A stretch of 64,000 nucleotides of DNA from the human T2T-CHM13v2.0 reference genome, Homo sapiens. The translations under genes were made by a program, and so were the position numbers. Positions 14,301 through 26,519 of this stretch are shown here, piece after piece (positions within the stretch are counted from its first letter, which is position 1; each line of letters begins with the position of its first letter). The stretch is from assembly GCA_009914755.4 (NCBI GenBank), contig CP068257.2, positions 20,704,001 to 20,768,000 of the forward strand. Direction: 5' to 3'. The notes under the pieces are model-generated. The model saw nothing but the letters and a program-made list of their open reading frames with translations. It did no database searches and was not told the DNA's origin.

Positions 14301-15789
14301 GATGCCTTTCATTTTAACTCACTTTGTTTGCAGTTTTGGAGTAGTCTGTGCTATAATTTTGGACAGACTCTATTGTCTGACATGATAACAATTGTAAAAT
14401 ACTGACGAAGGCAAAAACGTGTTCTCAAACTCTTTTGGTAGAGATTTTAAGGGCTGGAAACTCAAAATGGAGTAGTTTGATGTGTCCTTAATCTCTTCTC
14501 AACAGCTAGTGTAGAGTTGCTGACTTTCTCACATCTCTGAGTGAGCAAAGAAAGGAAGTCAAAGGTTAAATCAATCTGTGTTTTAGTAAATAGGATATGG
14601 AAAGCTCAAGTCCACAGCCAGGCTTAACCTGACTTCTGCTTGACCACAACTATTAAGTAGAACACTTAGTAAGTGTACAAAGTCAAGACGCTTGCCCTTG
14701 GCAAGAGAGGAAGAATGAAGGAAAGATAGTAATGAGTCTGTCCTATCACCTGGGAACATGAGAAGGCTACTTATCCTCCTAAGCTTCCCATTCACTGCCA
14801 AACACTGTACAGAAAACAAACAATAGCTTTAGTCTCCTGGCACTGTTACATTACAATCCCAAACCACTTACTCTGTCATTAGTTCTCCATAGTCAAAAAC
14901 TGTGACCTTATCCATAACCACTAGATGTTTTCCAGTGGCCAATAATTACTTTGTTAGTAAAATAAAAGTTGTTTCTAAGGTTCTGTTAAAAAAAAAATGG
15001 GTTCCAAATATTCAATTTGCATTTTCATCCAATATTTATGAGAAAAAAAATACATACTTTGTGGTATACCATATGCTAGTATTATACATGGAAAAGAGGA
15101 TACAATGATGGTTCTACAAGAAATACCGTCTTGTCAGAGACAGATTCCAATGTAGTGAAGGTCAGAGTAATTATCAAATGCACAATTACAGTAATGAAAG
15201 GTACAATAACAGAGAAGTGCCTGGGATATTAAAGTTTGCTAAAATTTATTAAGAACTACAAGCTCTATATCTTAATGTATTACACAAACTCAAGTGTAAA
15301 AAAGAAAGAAACCAACAAAGTTTGAAAAAATACATGTAAATGATATATAAAATATGCTACCTCTTATTTCTTAATGATTATGTACTAAAAGGTTTTTACT
15401 GAATTTTTTCTAATTTTAATAAGATATTAAATTTATAATTACAAAATAATATAAGTGTGTTCAGAGTACTACAGTTTATTCTCTTCTTCAAGTTATTTGA
15501 TAATATTAGCAGAATAAGAAAAAATACCACTGCACAAAGGACAAAAACATACAATTGGTACTCTCTGACAGAAAGAAACACATCTATAAACACTTACTGT
15601 TTATTGGGTGAAATATTAAATATTATTGATCTACAGTTACATGTCTAAAACATTTCATTGATTTTGTTTTGTATTTTTGTTGCTCACACTATGAATGCGA
15701 AAGTAATTACACACACCACAAAAATCTCTTGTATTCATAAACAAAATTATTCCTAATAGAAAAAATAAAACCTACACTGTCACCAAAAG

Positions 15790-15975
15790 TGTATAAGTGT
15801 TGACTACCTGAGGGTGGATGGTGAGAGGAGGGAGAGGATCAGGAAAAATAACTAATGGGTACCAGGCTTAATACCTGAGTGAGGAAATAATCTGTACAAC
15901 AAATCCCCATGATGCAAGTTTACTTATGTAACAAACCTGCACATTTACTGTTGAACTTAAAAGTTAAAAAAAAGA
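15790..15975 (+). mobile_element. L1 3'-terminal fragment (~185 bp, older subfamily) with A-tail
   Basis: 'cctgagggtggatggtgagaggagggagaggatcaggaaaaataactaatgggtaccaggcttaatacctgagtgaggaaataatctgtacaacaaatccccatgatgcaagtttacttatgtaacaaacctgcacatttactgttgaacttaaaagttaaaaaaaag' resembles the extreme L1 3' end ('...acctaatg..aatgggtgcagcaaacc...gtaacaaacctgcac...aacttaaag..aaaaa'). Confidence 0.7.
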
Positions 15976-16177
15976 GAAAACCTAATATTTCTCATTAATA
16001 CTCTACCAGTACCAATCATCAACCTCTTTCAACAGATTAGAAAAAAGATATTCAGATTTTATTGTCATTTTCAGAAAATGTAAGAGAAATTTAATTTTGT
16101 TGGAGAACTGCCAAATGCTTTATTAGCATAATGATTTCAAGGTACAGATTGCTGGAAATAGAGTCTAGAACATAAAG

Positions 16178-16720
16178 GGTAGGAGATTGGTCAGAATGGT
16201 GGGAGAAAATCTAGGGAAAGGGGCAGGCCTTTTGAAAAGTCAGAAGGCTCTGCTTAGCTTCGGTGGAGAATAAACTGAAGGCAGCTCTTCTCTGACCCTG
16301 AGGGAGAGGGCAAGGAGTAGGTACAAAGAAGTATAGGGGAATTTATCCTAAACAGGCTTGTTCACTTACGTTGACCAGGAACTGACCTTTGATCATCCGT
16401 GTGCATGACCCGTTCCCTGTAAGGGGAACAATAAATGTTAATTACCCACAGACTGTGTTTGCCCCAGGCTTTCGGCATTATGTCTGTACTGAGTGAAAGC
16501 AAGCAGCTCCAGCCGTTTGAGACTGCTCACTCTCTGGCCACTAGTGCCAGGCAGTCCCCTAGCTGCTCTAACACTGCATACCTGTGTCTGAGTACTCGTT
16601 TCATCCATCACTAGGCCAAGGTCTGCAGGATGGACCCGGCAATAAAGCTTGTGTATTTGACTGAAATGGGAAATGGTCACAAATTTCTTCATCCTTGGTG
16701 AACTTGCCTCTTTGCAATGC
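16178..16720. mobile_element. Interspersed repeat copy, homologous (~70%) to 27255-27960; probably a MaLR-internal 5' leader-type sequence
   Basis: Shared collinear blocks: 'tcagaatggtgggagaa', 'cttcggtggagaataaactgaaggcagc' vs 'cttcagtaaaagatacggctgaagcagc', and 'gggaatttatcctaaacaggcttgttcacttacgttgaccaggaactgacctttgat' vs 'gggagtttatctaaatagcttgtttactcatgtggtcctaagaccaacctttgat'. Confidence 0.35.
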
Positions 16721-19700
16721 TATTTTCCTGCTACTCTGCTCACCAAGTGGTTGAAAGTACTTCTTCACCTTGTGTAATCAGGGCTGGTCTTGTGATTTGT
16801 GGTGATGGACAGAATGCAGTGGAAGTGCAGTGTAGGAATTCTGATCCTAGTCCTGACCAGGAAAGGAAGTTTCCACTCTCACTTTCTTGACAAATTGCTT
16901 TGAGGTTGCTATGTGAAAAATCTTGGTTAATCCTATTGGAGGATTAGAAATCACATAAAGCAGAGCTATTGAATCTAAGTTCCTTCAGAACTACCAGCAA
17001 ATACGAGACACGTAAGCCCACTTTGGACCATCCAGCAACAGTAGAGTCACGAGAGAACTAGGGTCTCACAAGTGACCTTAGGCAAAACTTGTGGCAGAAC
17101 TGAACATCTAAGCCCATTCAAAATTGCTGACATACAGGATTATGAACAGCACATAAATCGGTAATTTAAAGTCACAGAGTTTTGTTGTAGTTTGTTATAA
17201 AGAAACGGATAACTGGTAAATCTCTAAGATGTCTATTTTCTGAAATAAAATTAAATCTGTTCAGGAGACCTTGATATAGTTCTTTGAATAATACCTAATA
17301 ATAAAAATAGAAAGTAATATTTATTGGTAAGCAATGTGCTAAATATTTTACATTTATTGCCTCCAATAATTCTCCAAGTAATAAATAATTTTACCTTTCG
17401 TTTTTATTTCCATTGAAAACTAGGATAAGAAATGTTAACTTGAAATTTTATCTGAAGTGTTTTTTCCATATACATGCATTATCTTTTAAAGTAGAGTAAG
17501 ATAAGGCCCAACAATATATAAACTAATTATCCATACATAATTAAGTCATTTGTACTTTTCATAATTTAAAAAATCATTAAAAATAAATCAAAAGTGAACA
17601 TTTCATGTAAGTATACATGACACTTTGAATTCCTAAACTATAAAAGTAATAATCATAAAGAATTAACCTATATACAGTTATTTGCTTATCCAAATTGATT
17701 AAGATGATGCGTACATAAAATGCCATGTCCTTTATACTTAATAATTTATTCTGTATGTGTACTGTTTGTTTAGTTCTGCTAGAGATATGCTGTTCTCAAT
17801 AAAGAATGTTTTGAAAAATACTCTAATGTAATTACTAGATTTCTATAATAACTTGTCAACTGTAACAATTTATTTTCCAGTATATGCTTATTTCAGAAGT
17901 AATTTCTTGGGAACTTAAGGATAAAGAGAAATAATTAAATGTGAGGAATAACACATACATATAAATAAAACAAATGGAAGAACAGAAACAGAAAATATCT
18001 TAATTCAACTTGAGAATAAATTAAATAATATCTTGGGAAAGGGTAAAGATTCTGTGAGATAATAAATACACATTTTTTAAGCTGCTAAATGTCTGAGTAA
18101 TTTATTATGTAGAAATAAATAATTAATACATTGCAAATTAGCAAAATGCTAGAAATATGTAAGGATTCATTTATGTATACCAAATGTAGATGCTTTTGTA
18201 GGTTTACTCCTAATACATTTTACAGGTACTGTATTTAAAGAAAAAATAATGTCTAAAATTTTCATCATTGCAATTCATGGGAAATTGTGTCAGTGTCACT
18301 GTTATTGTAATTACTTGTAAATAGGTAATTGTAACTAGATTGTTAAAGGAGTAATAAATATTGTTAAATGGGAGATACATTTTATAGAACATTTTCTTCT
18401 TACAGCCAAAAAATGTTGAATGTTATTCTACACTGAGATACATTTGACTGGAGAGGATGTGAATGCCTGGTCCAAGATACATATAACAAAGTATATCTTT
18501 AGGAATTTGATATCAGTCTTAAACATAGGATGAAAGACAAAGCTCTTTTATCATCTCCCAAATTCTCATTTTCCTTTTGTATGCCTTTTTCGAAAGCTTT
18601 TGATAATGTATTTCAGATTCATTCATATTGTTTTCTCTTTTATTAGTTTCTTAATTATTCATTTTCCAATTGAGGGGCATTGTGTTGTTTCCAGGTTTTG
18701 GCAATTACAAATAAAGCCCCCATATGTATTTGCTTCCCATATTTGTGTCAACGTAGGGTTTCATTTCAATTGGGTAAATTCCTAACTTGATAAGAAGCTG
18801 CAAGTTTTTAGAGTGGACATAATATTTTGTATTTCATTCATCAGTGTGTATGAATACCACCTCCTCCACTAGTTCTTGATATTTTAGATTATTTTATTTT
18901 AAAAATTATTTATTAAATGTCTGTTCAGGGATATCTCATTGTTTTATTTGCATTTTCCTAATGACTAATTTGTTTTCTTGGTATCTATGTCTCTTTTGTG
19001 GTCAGGTATGTGCTTAAATCTTTGTCTCATTTTGAAAATTGAGTTATTCAATTCATTATTATAAAGTGCAGTGTGCTTTTTAAATACTGGAGCTCATTTA
19101 AAAAATCAGATTTCTTATTTTCATTTTTCTTCTACCAGTTTTTAGTTTCTCTTTTATTTCCTTGGCAGTCTCCTTTGAAGATCAGATTTTCTTAATATTG
19201 GTAAAGTCCAATTTTTTTTAATGAATTGGTCTTTTTGTGTCATATCTAACAAAACTTTGCTTAATCTAAGGTAACAAAGATTTTTTTCTACATTTTCATT
19301 TAGAAGGTTTGTATATTTAGGTTTTATAATTAATAACCCATTTAGGGTTACTTTTTGTAACTCAAAGATAATGTGAGGTAGGAATTTACACTTTTTTAGT
19401 TACACTCACACAAACACATACACATTCAGGTTTGTTTTGCAGTTAGGTTAATGATTTCTCATGAGTCACTTTTCTAACTCAAAAATGGTGTAAGAGAGAT
19501 TAAAGTTATTTTATTTGCATAAATGTTTATTTGTTTCATACGATTTCTGTTTGTGTGTTTGTTGAATATCAATTGATTATATATAACTATTTCTGGATTA
19601 TATATTTTGTTCTATTTATCTATATGCCTGTACTTTGTCCAGTAAAAATCTGCCTTGAATAATACAGTTCTATCATAGATATGAATAGGAGGTACTAATG

Positions 19701-20927
19701 CCCTTCAAGAACACTTTTGCCTTCTTTTAGAAAATTGTTTTGGGCATTTTAATTTCTTTACCTTTCACCAAATATATTAAGGATGCTACTATCTAATATG
19801 TATATATATATTCATATCTATATTTACTGCAGTGACATTGACTATACTTCTTCTAATGTGTAGATTATGAAGATAATTAACAACATTGAGCATTACAATC
19901 CATGATTATGGTATTTAGCCCTACTTGTGTTTTTTGAATTCTTTTATCAGTGCTTTGCCAATTTTAGCATAAATATATTAAATGTATATAGTAAAAGTTA
20001 CAACTAATTACCTTATTTTCTCAGTGCTATTGTATATGTTATGTTTACTTTTCTTTTCAGTTTTTAATTGTTGCAATCATGTAGAAATGGAATTAAATTT
20101 TGTATAGATAACATATTGAATTTTATAATAGCCTTTTTCCTAGGAAATTGTTAAACATATTTTTTCAGTTCTAGTACATATTTTGAATCTTTCAAATTTA
20201 TACATATAAAATCAGGTGTCAGTAAGTAGATATTTTTATAACTTTCTTTTAAATCTGTATGACTTTGGGTGGGGATAGGTCTTCTTGTATGTCCTAGGGT
20301 CTTCAAAATGTTATTAAATAGAATCGACATTCCTATCTTGTTCCTGATATTATAGGAAAAGCACTTAGTCTTTCATTGTTCAGGATGACATTATCTTAGA
20401 ATTTTCTTAGATGAACTTAAAAAGCTTAAGGATATATTATTTTATTTCTAGTTTACTGAATATTCTTATTGGAGATGGATATTAAATTTGGTCATTCGCT
20501 GCTTCTGCAAATGCAAATGACCAAAAAATTTAAGGTTTTTTTTTTTTTTTTTGGATGAGGTGGTTATTCTTGGTTGGTCTCTTCATATGATTAGTTATAT
20601 TGCTTATTTTTTGTTGTTGAATTTGTTTTGCAACCACCAAGGAAAACACACTTGTCTGTCTGTATTTGCCATTTTACATATTGTTGAATTAAAATTTCAA
20701 CTATTTCTTTAAAATATTGTATGCCCATTTTTATGAGAGATTTTGGTACATAGCCATCTGTTTTTGTAATGTTATTGTCTTTTTTATATATCAGAGCTAT
20801 GCTGTCCTTTAGAATAATTTGGGAGTATTCACTTCTCATCAGTTTTCCAGAAAAGTTGTTTGTGTAGGATTTGGTACTATGTCCATATCAATATTTGGTA
20901 GAATTTACCGTTTAAACTACTTCAGCC

Positions 20928-20995
20928 TGGTGTGTGTGTGTGTGTATGTTTGTGTGTGTATGTATGTTTGTGTGTGTGTGTGTGCATGTATAAAT
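20928..20995. repeat. Compound (TG)n/(TGTA) microsatellite
   Basis: 'gtgtgtgtgtgtgtgtatgtttgtgtgtgtatgtatgtttgtgtgtgtgtgtgtgcatgtat'. The 67-aa ORF at 20819-21022, with its 'VCVCVYVCVCMYVCVCVCAC' peptide, is this repeat translated. Confidence 0.9.
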
Positions 20996-22635
20996 GTATT
21001 TAACAAATATTCAATTTTTTAAAAAAAGATATAGAGATCTTCTGTTGTTTCAGTAATATTTGCTAGTTTAAAGCAATTTATCTCTTTCATCTAAATGGTC
21101 AACTTTATAGTAAAATGTTCTCTTATTATCTTTTAAAATAAGCAGAATCTGTAGTGATGATCCAGTTTCATTGCTAATGTTGGTCATTTGCATCTTCTAA
21201 CTCATTTTATGCATCAATGTGGTTAGAGGGTAATCAATTTTATTGATGCTCATAAAAAGTGAACTTTTAAAAAATATCTTTTTATTGTCTGTTTTCACTC
21301 TCACTGATTTTTTTATGTTATCTCCATTATTTCTTACTTTTTGCTTCTTTTGGATTTATTTTGCTTTGTGTTTTCTAATTTCATAAGGTAGAAGCTTAGG
21401 TCATGAATTTGAGTTCTGTCTTCTTTTTTAATAAAACAATTTCATGCAGCAAAATTTTCTTTAAGTACAAACCAATACATTTCAGTATGTCCCTTTTTCT
21501 TTTATTCAATTAATAATAAATAGTAAAGTCTATTTTGATTTCCAGTGCAATTCAGTAATAGCATAGTAACATATTTTGGATACTTTTAATTATTTTTAAC
21601 TTGTTAAGGTTTGTTTTAAGGCCTGGAATATGGTATACTCTTTAAATGTTTTAAATTAATTGATGCATTTTGCTGTTGTTAGTTTGGAGTGTTCTCTAGT
21701 TTTCCACTTTGTCATTTTGGTTTATGGTGTTTTTAAGGTATACTACATAGTTTTTGATATTCTACTTATTTTTTAAAATACTAAGAACAGAATATTGAAG
21801 TTTCTAACAATAGTTATATATTCGATTACTTGTCTTTTAATTTTGTTTTATATTTTTTGGTCAGTTATTAGGTGCATATACATTTATGATTGTATTTATT
21901 CAGTAAAATAATCTCTTTATTATTATGTTATTTTTCTTTATTATCTTTGATATTCTGAAGTATAATTTTTCTGATATCAACATATCTTTTGATTACTATT
22001 TGCCTTGCTCATCTTTTAAATTAAACACATAAATGGTCTTATTTTTAAGTACGACTTATCTGTCTTTCAATGGATGTGGTTAGACAATTTAAATTTATTG
22101 TAGTTTTCGATATTATTGGATAAAAATCTATGATTTGGCTATCCATTTTCTATTTACTTTATTTAATTTTTGTCCTCTTGTCTGCATACTTTGGATTGAA
22201 TATTTTTAAGCTTATTATGTTAATTATTGAAGTATTATTTATATGTGCTTTAAAGTTAGGTATTGTCCTAGATTTTATAATATCTATCTGAATGTTCAGT
22301 GTTTGACAACATATTCGCATTTCAGTTTTTCAGACTCTTGTGATATTTTTACATACATATTTGATGTAATAAATGCTAAAGTCTCACATAAGATTGCTAC
22401 TAATTTTGGCTTTACACTGTTGATATAGTCTACAGCAAACTAAAAAGTTTCAGTAATGTATTTTGTCTTAACTTTTTATTACATATAATAGATAACTTTT
22501 AAAGTTATTTTGATCATATATTTTTACTTATCATAATTTGATATTTTCAACATTTTTCATTCAAAATATACTTTAAAATATATGGTCTAAAATTTCATTT
22601 ATTTGTTGTTTTTTCAATTCTATTTTTTAAGATAG

Positions 22636-22915
<280 letters not shown>

Positions 22916-23449
22916 CCAATGTTACATTTATTAATGTAGTCTAGAAGCAAAACTTTTAATCCTAAAATATTATTTTTCTCTGATACATTGACAGGTATTG
23001 TATAATTTGTTGTTTCAAAATTCTGTGATGTCCAATTTAAATGGTTCACAGATGTGTTAAATTAAGCTTTGAAAAATACATTTATTTGGATTTAAAATTA
23101 TCTTCATGTTATTTTCCATGATTTATTATATTAAATATTTATTAATATTTCCAGGATTATACAAGCTAATTATGTTTAATTAATTAGTGTTTTCATCTTT
23201 AAAAGCCTAAAATTAGTATTTTTTGATTTCCAGTAATCAATACGGAAAATGAAAATAAAAATACTAATCCTTCAAATGGATAATTATTAGACTGTATGAC
23301 TGATTTACATTTCCTCATAAAGGAATAATGGTTTATTTTATTAATTTTTTTTACATTAGCCTAAAGTCTTATTGTTGTCCATTGTAAAAGATTTCACAGA
23401 TAACATAATAGTTATTGCAGGAAATATTTAGGTTAAATGAGTGAGTGGA

Positions 23450-23790
23450 AACTTGCAGAAGAAACAGGTCACTCACAGGTGACTCAGTTCTGCATGGCTG
23501 AGGAAGCCTCAGGAAACTTACAATTATGGTGGAAGGGGAAAGGGAAACAATGCACCTTCTTCACAAGCCAGCAGGAAGGAGAAGAGAAAGCAGGGAAAAT
23601 GCCAGATGCTTATAAAACCATCCAATCTTGTGAGACTCACTCATTGTCATGAGAACAGCATTGGGGAAACCACCCCATGATTCAGTTACCTCCACCTGGT
23701 CCCAATCTTGACATGTGGGGATTATGAGGAATACAATTCAAGGTGAGATTTGAGTGGGGACACAGAGCCAAGCCATATCACTTATATAGG
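23450..23790 (-). mobile_element. THE1/MST-type MaLR LTR (antisense), 3'-truncated, abutting an old L1
   Basis: '...gtcactcacaggtgactcagttctgcatggctgaggaagcctcaggaaacttacaattatggtggaaggggaaagggaaacaatgcacc...catcttgacatgtggggattatgaggaatacaattcaaggtgagatttgagtggggacacagagccaagccatatca'. This is the reverse complement of the THE1 LTR ('tgatatggtttggctgtgtccccacccaaatctcatcttgaattgta...'). The 71-aa ORF at 23437-23652 is inside it. Confidence 0.7.
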
Positions 23791-24040
23791 TGGAATCATG
23801 AAGTATTTATCCTACTGTGTTACCTTATTTCACTTAGCATAATGGACGTTATTGATACTATCAAGTATGGCAGAATTTCATTCCTTTTAAAGGCTAAATA
23901 GCTTTCCATTGTAAACATATATCACATTTTCTACACCCATTTGCATGTCAATGGGTGTTTGTTTTCATATTTTGACTACTGTGAATACTGCTGCAATAGA
24001 CATGAGAGTGCAGATGTCTCTTTGAAATCCTGATTTTTTT
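23790..24040 (-). mobile_element. Old L1 3'-region fragment (antisense)
   Basis: Its reverse complement gives '...ggaatgaaattctgccatacttgatagtatcaataacgtccattatgctaagtgaaataaggtaacacagtaggataaatacttcatgattccacct'. This corresponds to the L1 region '...aatgaaat...catttgcagcaacatggatgga...atcctaagtgaaataa...'. Confidence 0.5.
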
Positions 24041-25832
24041 TTTTATTATACTTTAAGTTCTGGGACACAAGTTCTGGGACACAGGTGCAAAACATGCAGG
24101 TTTGTTGTATAGGTATACATGTGCCATGGTGGTTTGCAGCACCCACCAACCTGTCATCTAGGTTTTAAGCCCCACATGCATTAGATGTTCCTCCTAATGC
24201 TATCCTTCCCCTTACTCCCAACCCCCAACAGGCCCCAGTGTGTGATGTTTCCCTCCCTGTGTCCATGTGTTCTCACTGTTCAACTCCCACTTATAAGTGA
24301 GAACATGCAGTGTTTGGTTTTCTGTTCCTGGGTTAGTTTGCTGAGAATGATGGTTTCTAGCTTCATCCATGTCCCTGCAAAGGATATGAACTCATTCTCT
24401 TTTTATGGCTGCATAGTATTTCATGGTGTATATGTGCCACATTTTCTTTATAGTCTATCATTGATGGGCATTTGGGTTGGTTCCAAGTCTTTGCTATTGT
24501 AAATAGTGCTGTAATAGACATATACGTGTGCATGTATATTTATAGTAGAATGATTTATAATCATTTGGTTATATACCCAGTAATGGGATTGTTGGGTCAA
24601 ATGGTATTTCTGGTTCTAGATCCTTGAGGAATCAGAGATCCTGATTTTAATTCTTTTGGATCTAGGCTCTGAAGTGGGATTGATGAATCAAATGGAAATT
24701 TTATTTTAATTTTTGTAGTTACTTTCATACTGTTTTACATAATGGTTGCACCATTTTACATTTCCACCAGTAGCATACAAGTTTCCCTTTCTCCACATCC
24801 TTGTCAACATTTGCTATCCTTTAACAAAAAAAAAGCCATTATAACAGGGGTGAAATTTTCATGTCCCTGAAAATTAATAATAATGAGCACATTTTCTTAC
24901 ACCTGTTGGTCATTTGTATGTCTTCTTTGGGTAAAGATTCATCCAGGTCTTTTTCCTTTTTTATATCAAATTGTTTCTTACTTACTATTGAGTTGTAGGA
25001 TCTTTTTATATATTTTGGATATTAACCCCTTACCAAATGTATGATTTGCAAATATTCCTCCCATTCCATATTTTACCTTTTCACTCTTTTGATGGTTTTC
25101 TTGCCTGAGTAGAAAGTGTTTTTAGTTTGTTTTAGTCCCAGTTGTCCTTGAAATCGGAATTACATTATAATTATAATTCTTGAGATAGAAGAATGCATTT
25201 TTGCTTCTGTTGCTTGTCCCTTTGGTGTAATATCCAATAAATCATCTAAAACTTTAACAATTACAGGTCTTATCTTTAATTCTTTAATACATTTTGAGTT
25301 GATTTTTGTGTATGGTGTAAGATAAGATTACAATTTCATTCTCTTCTATGTGAATATCCAGTATCAACTTTTAAGACACCAACAATTTCTCCATTGTGTA
25401 TTTTTAGCACCCTTGCTAAAATTATTTGACCAAGTATATGTGGGTTTATTTCTGTGCTATTTTGTTTAATTGGCTTATTTTTCTGATTTCAAGGCCAGTA
25501 CAATACTGTTTTAATTGTTGTAACTTTATAATATAATTTAATAAGAAAATGTGATGCCTTCAGCTTTGTTCTTCTTTCTTAAGATTGCTTGGGCTATTCT
25601 TGGTCTTTTGCAGTTTCACATAAATTTTGGAACTTCTTTCTCTTTCTATATTAAAAAATCAAGATTTTGGTAGAGATTACACTGGGACTTTAGATCACTT
25701 TAGGTAGTATGGACATTTTAACAGTAATAAGGCTTTCAACTCATGAACATGAGAAAACTTATTCATCAAAAATGAAGAGATAAGGACTTTCCAAATAAAA
25801 TAAAAAAGAATTAATCCTCACTAGATATGCCT
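24040..25832 (-). mobile_element. L1PA-type (primate-specific) L1, antisense, 3' ~1.8 kb, 5'-truncated; its 5' junction forms the left arm of the palindrome
   Basis: Poly(T), then 'tttaagttctgggacacaagttctgggacacaggtgcaaaacatgcaggtttgttgtataggtatacatgtgccatggtggtttgcagcacccaccaacctgtcatctaggttttaagccccacatgcattag', then 'cccacttataagtgagaacatgcagtgtttggttttctgttcctgggttagtttgctgagaatgatggtttctagcttcatccatgtccctgcaaaggatatgaactcattc'. ORF2-end antisense continues collinearly ('ccaaatgtatgatttgcaaatattcctcccattccatatt', 'aagattgcttgggctattcttggtcttttgcagtttcacataaattttgg', 'ggtagtatggacattttaacagtaataaggctttcaactcatgaacatgag'). The 105-aa ORF at 24185-24502 is inside it. Confidence 0.8.
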
Positions 25833-26519
25833 TACATCTGATTTTGCAGGGTACAGTCTCTACAGTTGCTTTCATGGGCTAGCACTGAGTGCCTTCCAAG
25901 CTGTCGATGAATGCAAAGGAGAAATGTGGGGTTGCAGCCCCCACACAGGGTCCCCACTGAAGCACTGACTAGTGGAATTGTGGGAATTGGGCCACAGTCC
26001 TCCAGACCCCACCCAGAAAGATGGATTCATCGACAGCTTGGAAGGCACTCAGTGCTAGCCCATGAAAGCAACTGTAGAGACTGTACCCTGCAAAATCAGA
26101 TGTAAGGCATATCTAGTGAGGATTAATTCTTTTTTATTTTATTTGGAAAGTCCTTATCTCTTCATTTTTGATGAATAAGTTTTCTCATGTTCATGAGTTG
26201 AAAGCCTTATTACTGTTAAAATGTCCATACTACCTAAAGTGATCTAAAGTCCCAGTGTAATCTCTACCAAAATCTTGATTTTTTAATATAGAAAGAGAAA
26301 GAAGTTCCAAAATTTATATGAAACTGCAAAAGACCAAGAATAGCCCAAGCAATCTTAAGAAAGAAGAACAAAGCTGAAGGCATCACATTTTCTTATTAAA
26401 TTATATTATAAAGTTACAACAATTAAAACAGTATTGTACTGGCCTTGAAATCAGAAAAATAAGCCAATTAAACAAAATAGCACAGAAATAAACCCACATA
26501 TACTTGGTCAAATAATTTT
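25418..26519. other. Near-perfect ~1.1-kb palindrome: arms 25418-25912 and 26025-26519 (495 bp each, 1 mismatch) with a 112-bp unique spacer at 25913-26024
   Basis: Checked at five anchor points along the arms: position x on the left pairs with 51937-x on the right. One example is 25777-25836 'gagataaggactttccaaataaaataaaaaagaattaatcctcactagatatgccttaca' = rc(26101-26160). The only mismatch found is 25619 c versus 26318 (left 'ttcacataaatttt', right-rc 'ttcatataaatttt'). The arms stop matching at 25417/26520. The spacer 'gcaaaggagaaatgtggggttgcagcccccacacagggtccccactgaag...ccagaaagatgg' is not self-complementary. Confidence 0.85.

Noticed and set aside
24040-25832. 8-bp 'ctgatttt' as the TSD of the L1PA insertion
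   Set aside because: The left copy overlaps the start of the L1 poly(T) tail, so the match is partly trivial (T-run). It is mentioned in a finding but not called.
25418-26519. Twin-priming (L1 5' inversion) as the explanation for the palindrome
   Set aside because: Twin priming joins two adjacent, different L1 segments in opposite orientation. Here both arms are the same L1 segment plus the same flanking MaLR bases at ~99.8% identity, and the spacer is flanking-element sequence, not L1. A post-integration inverted duplication fits better.
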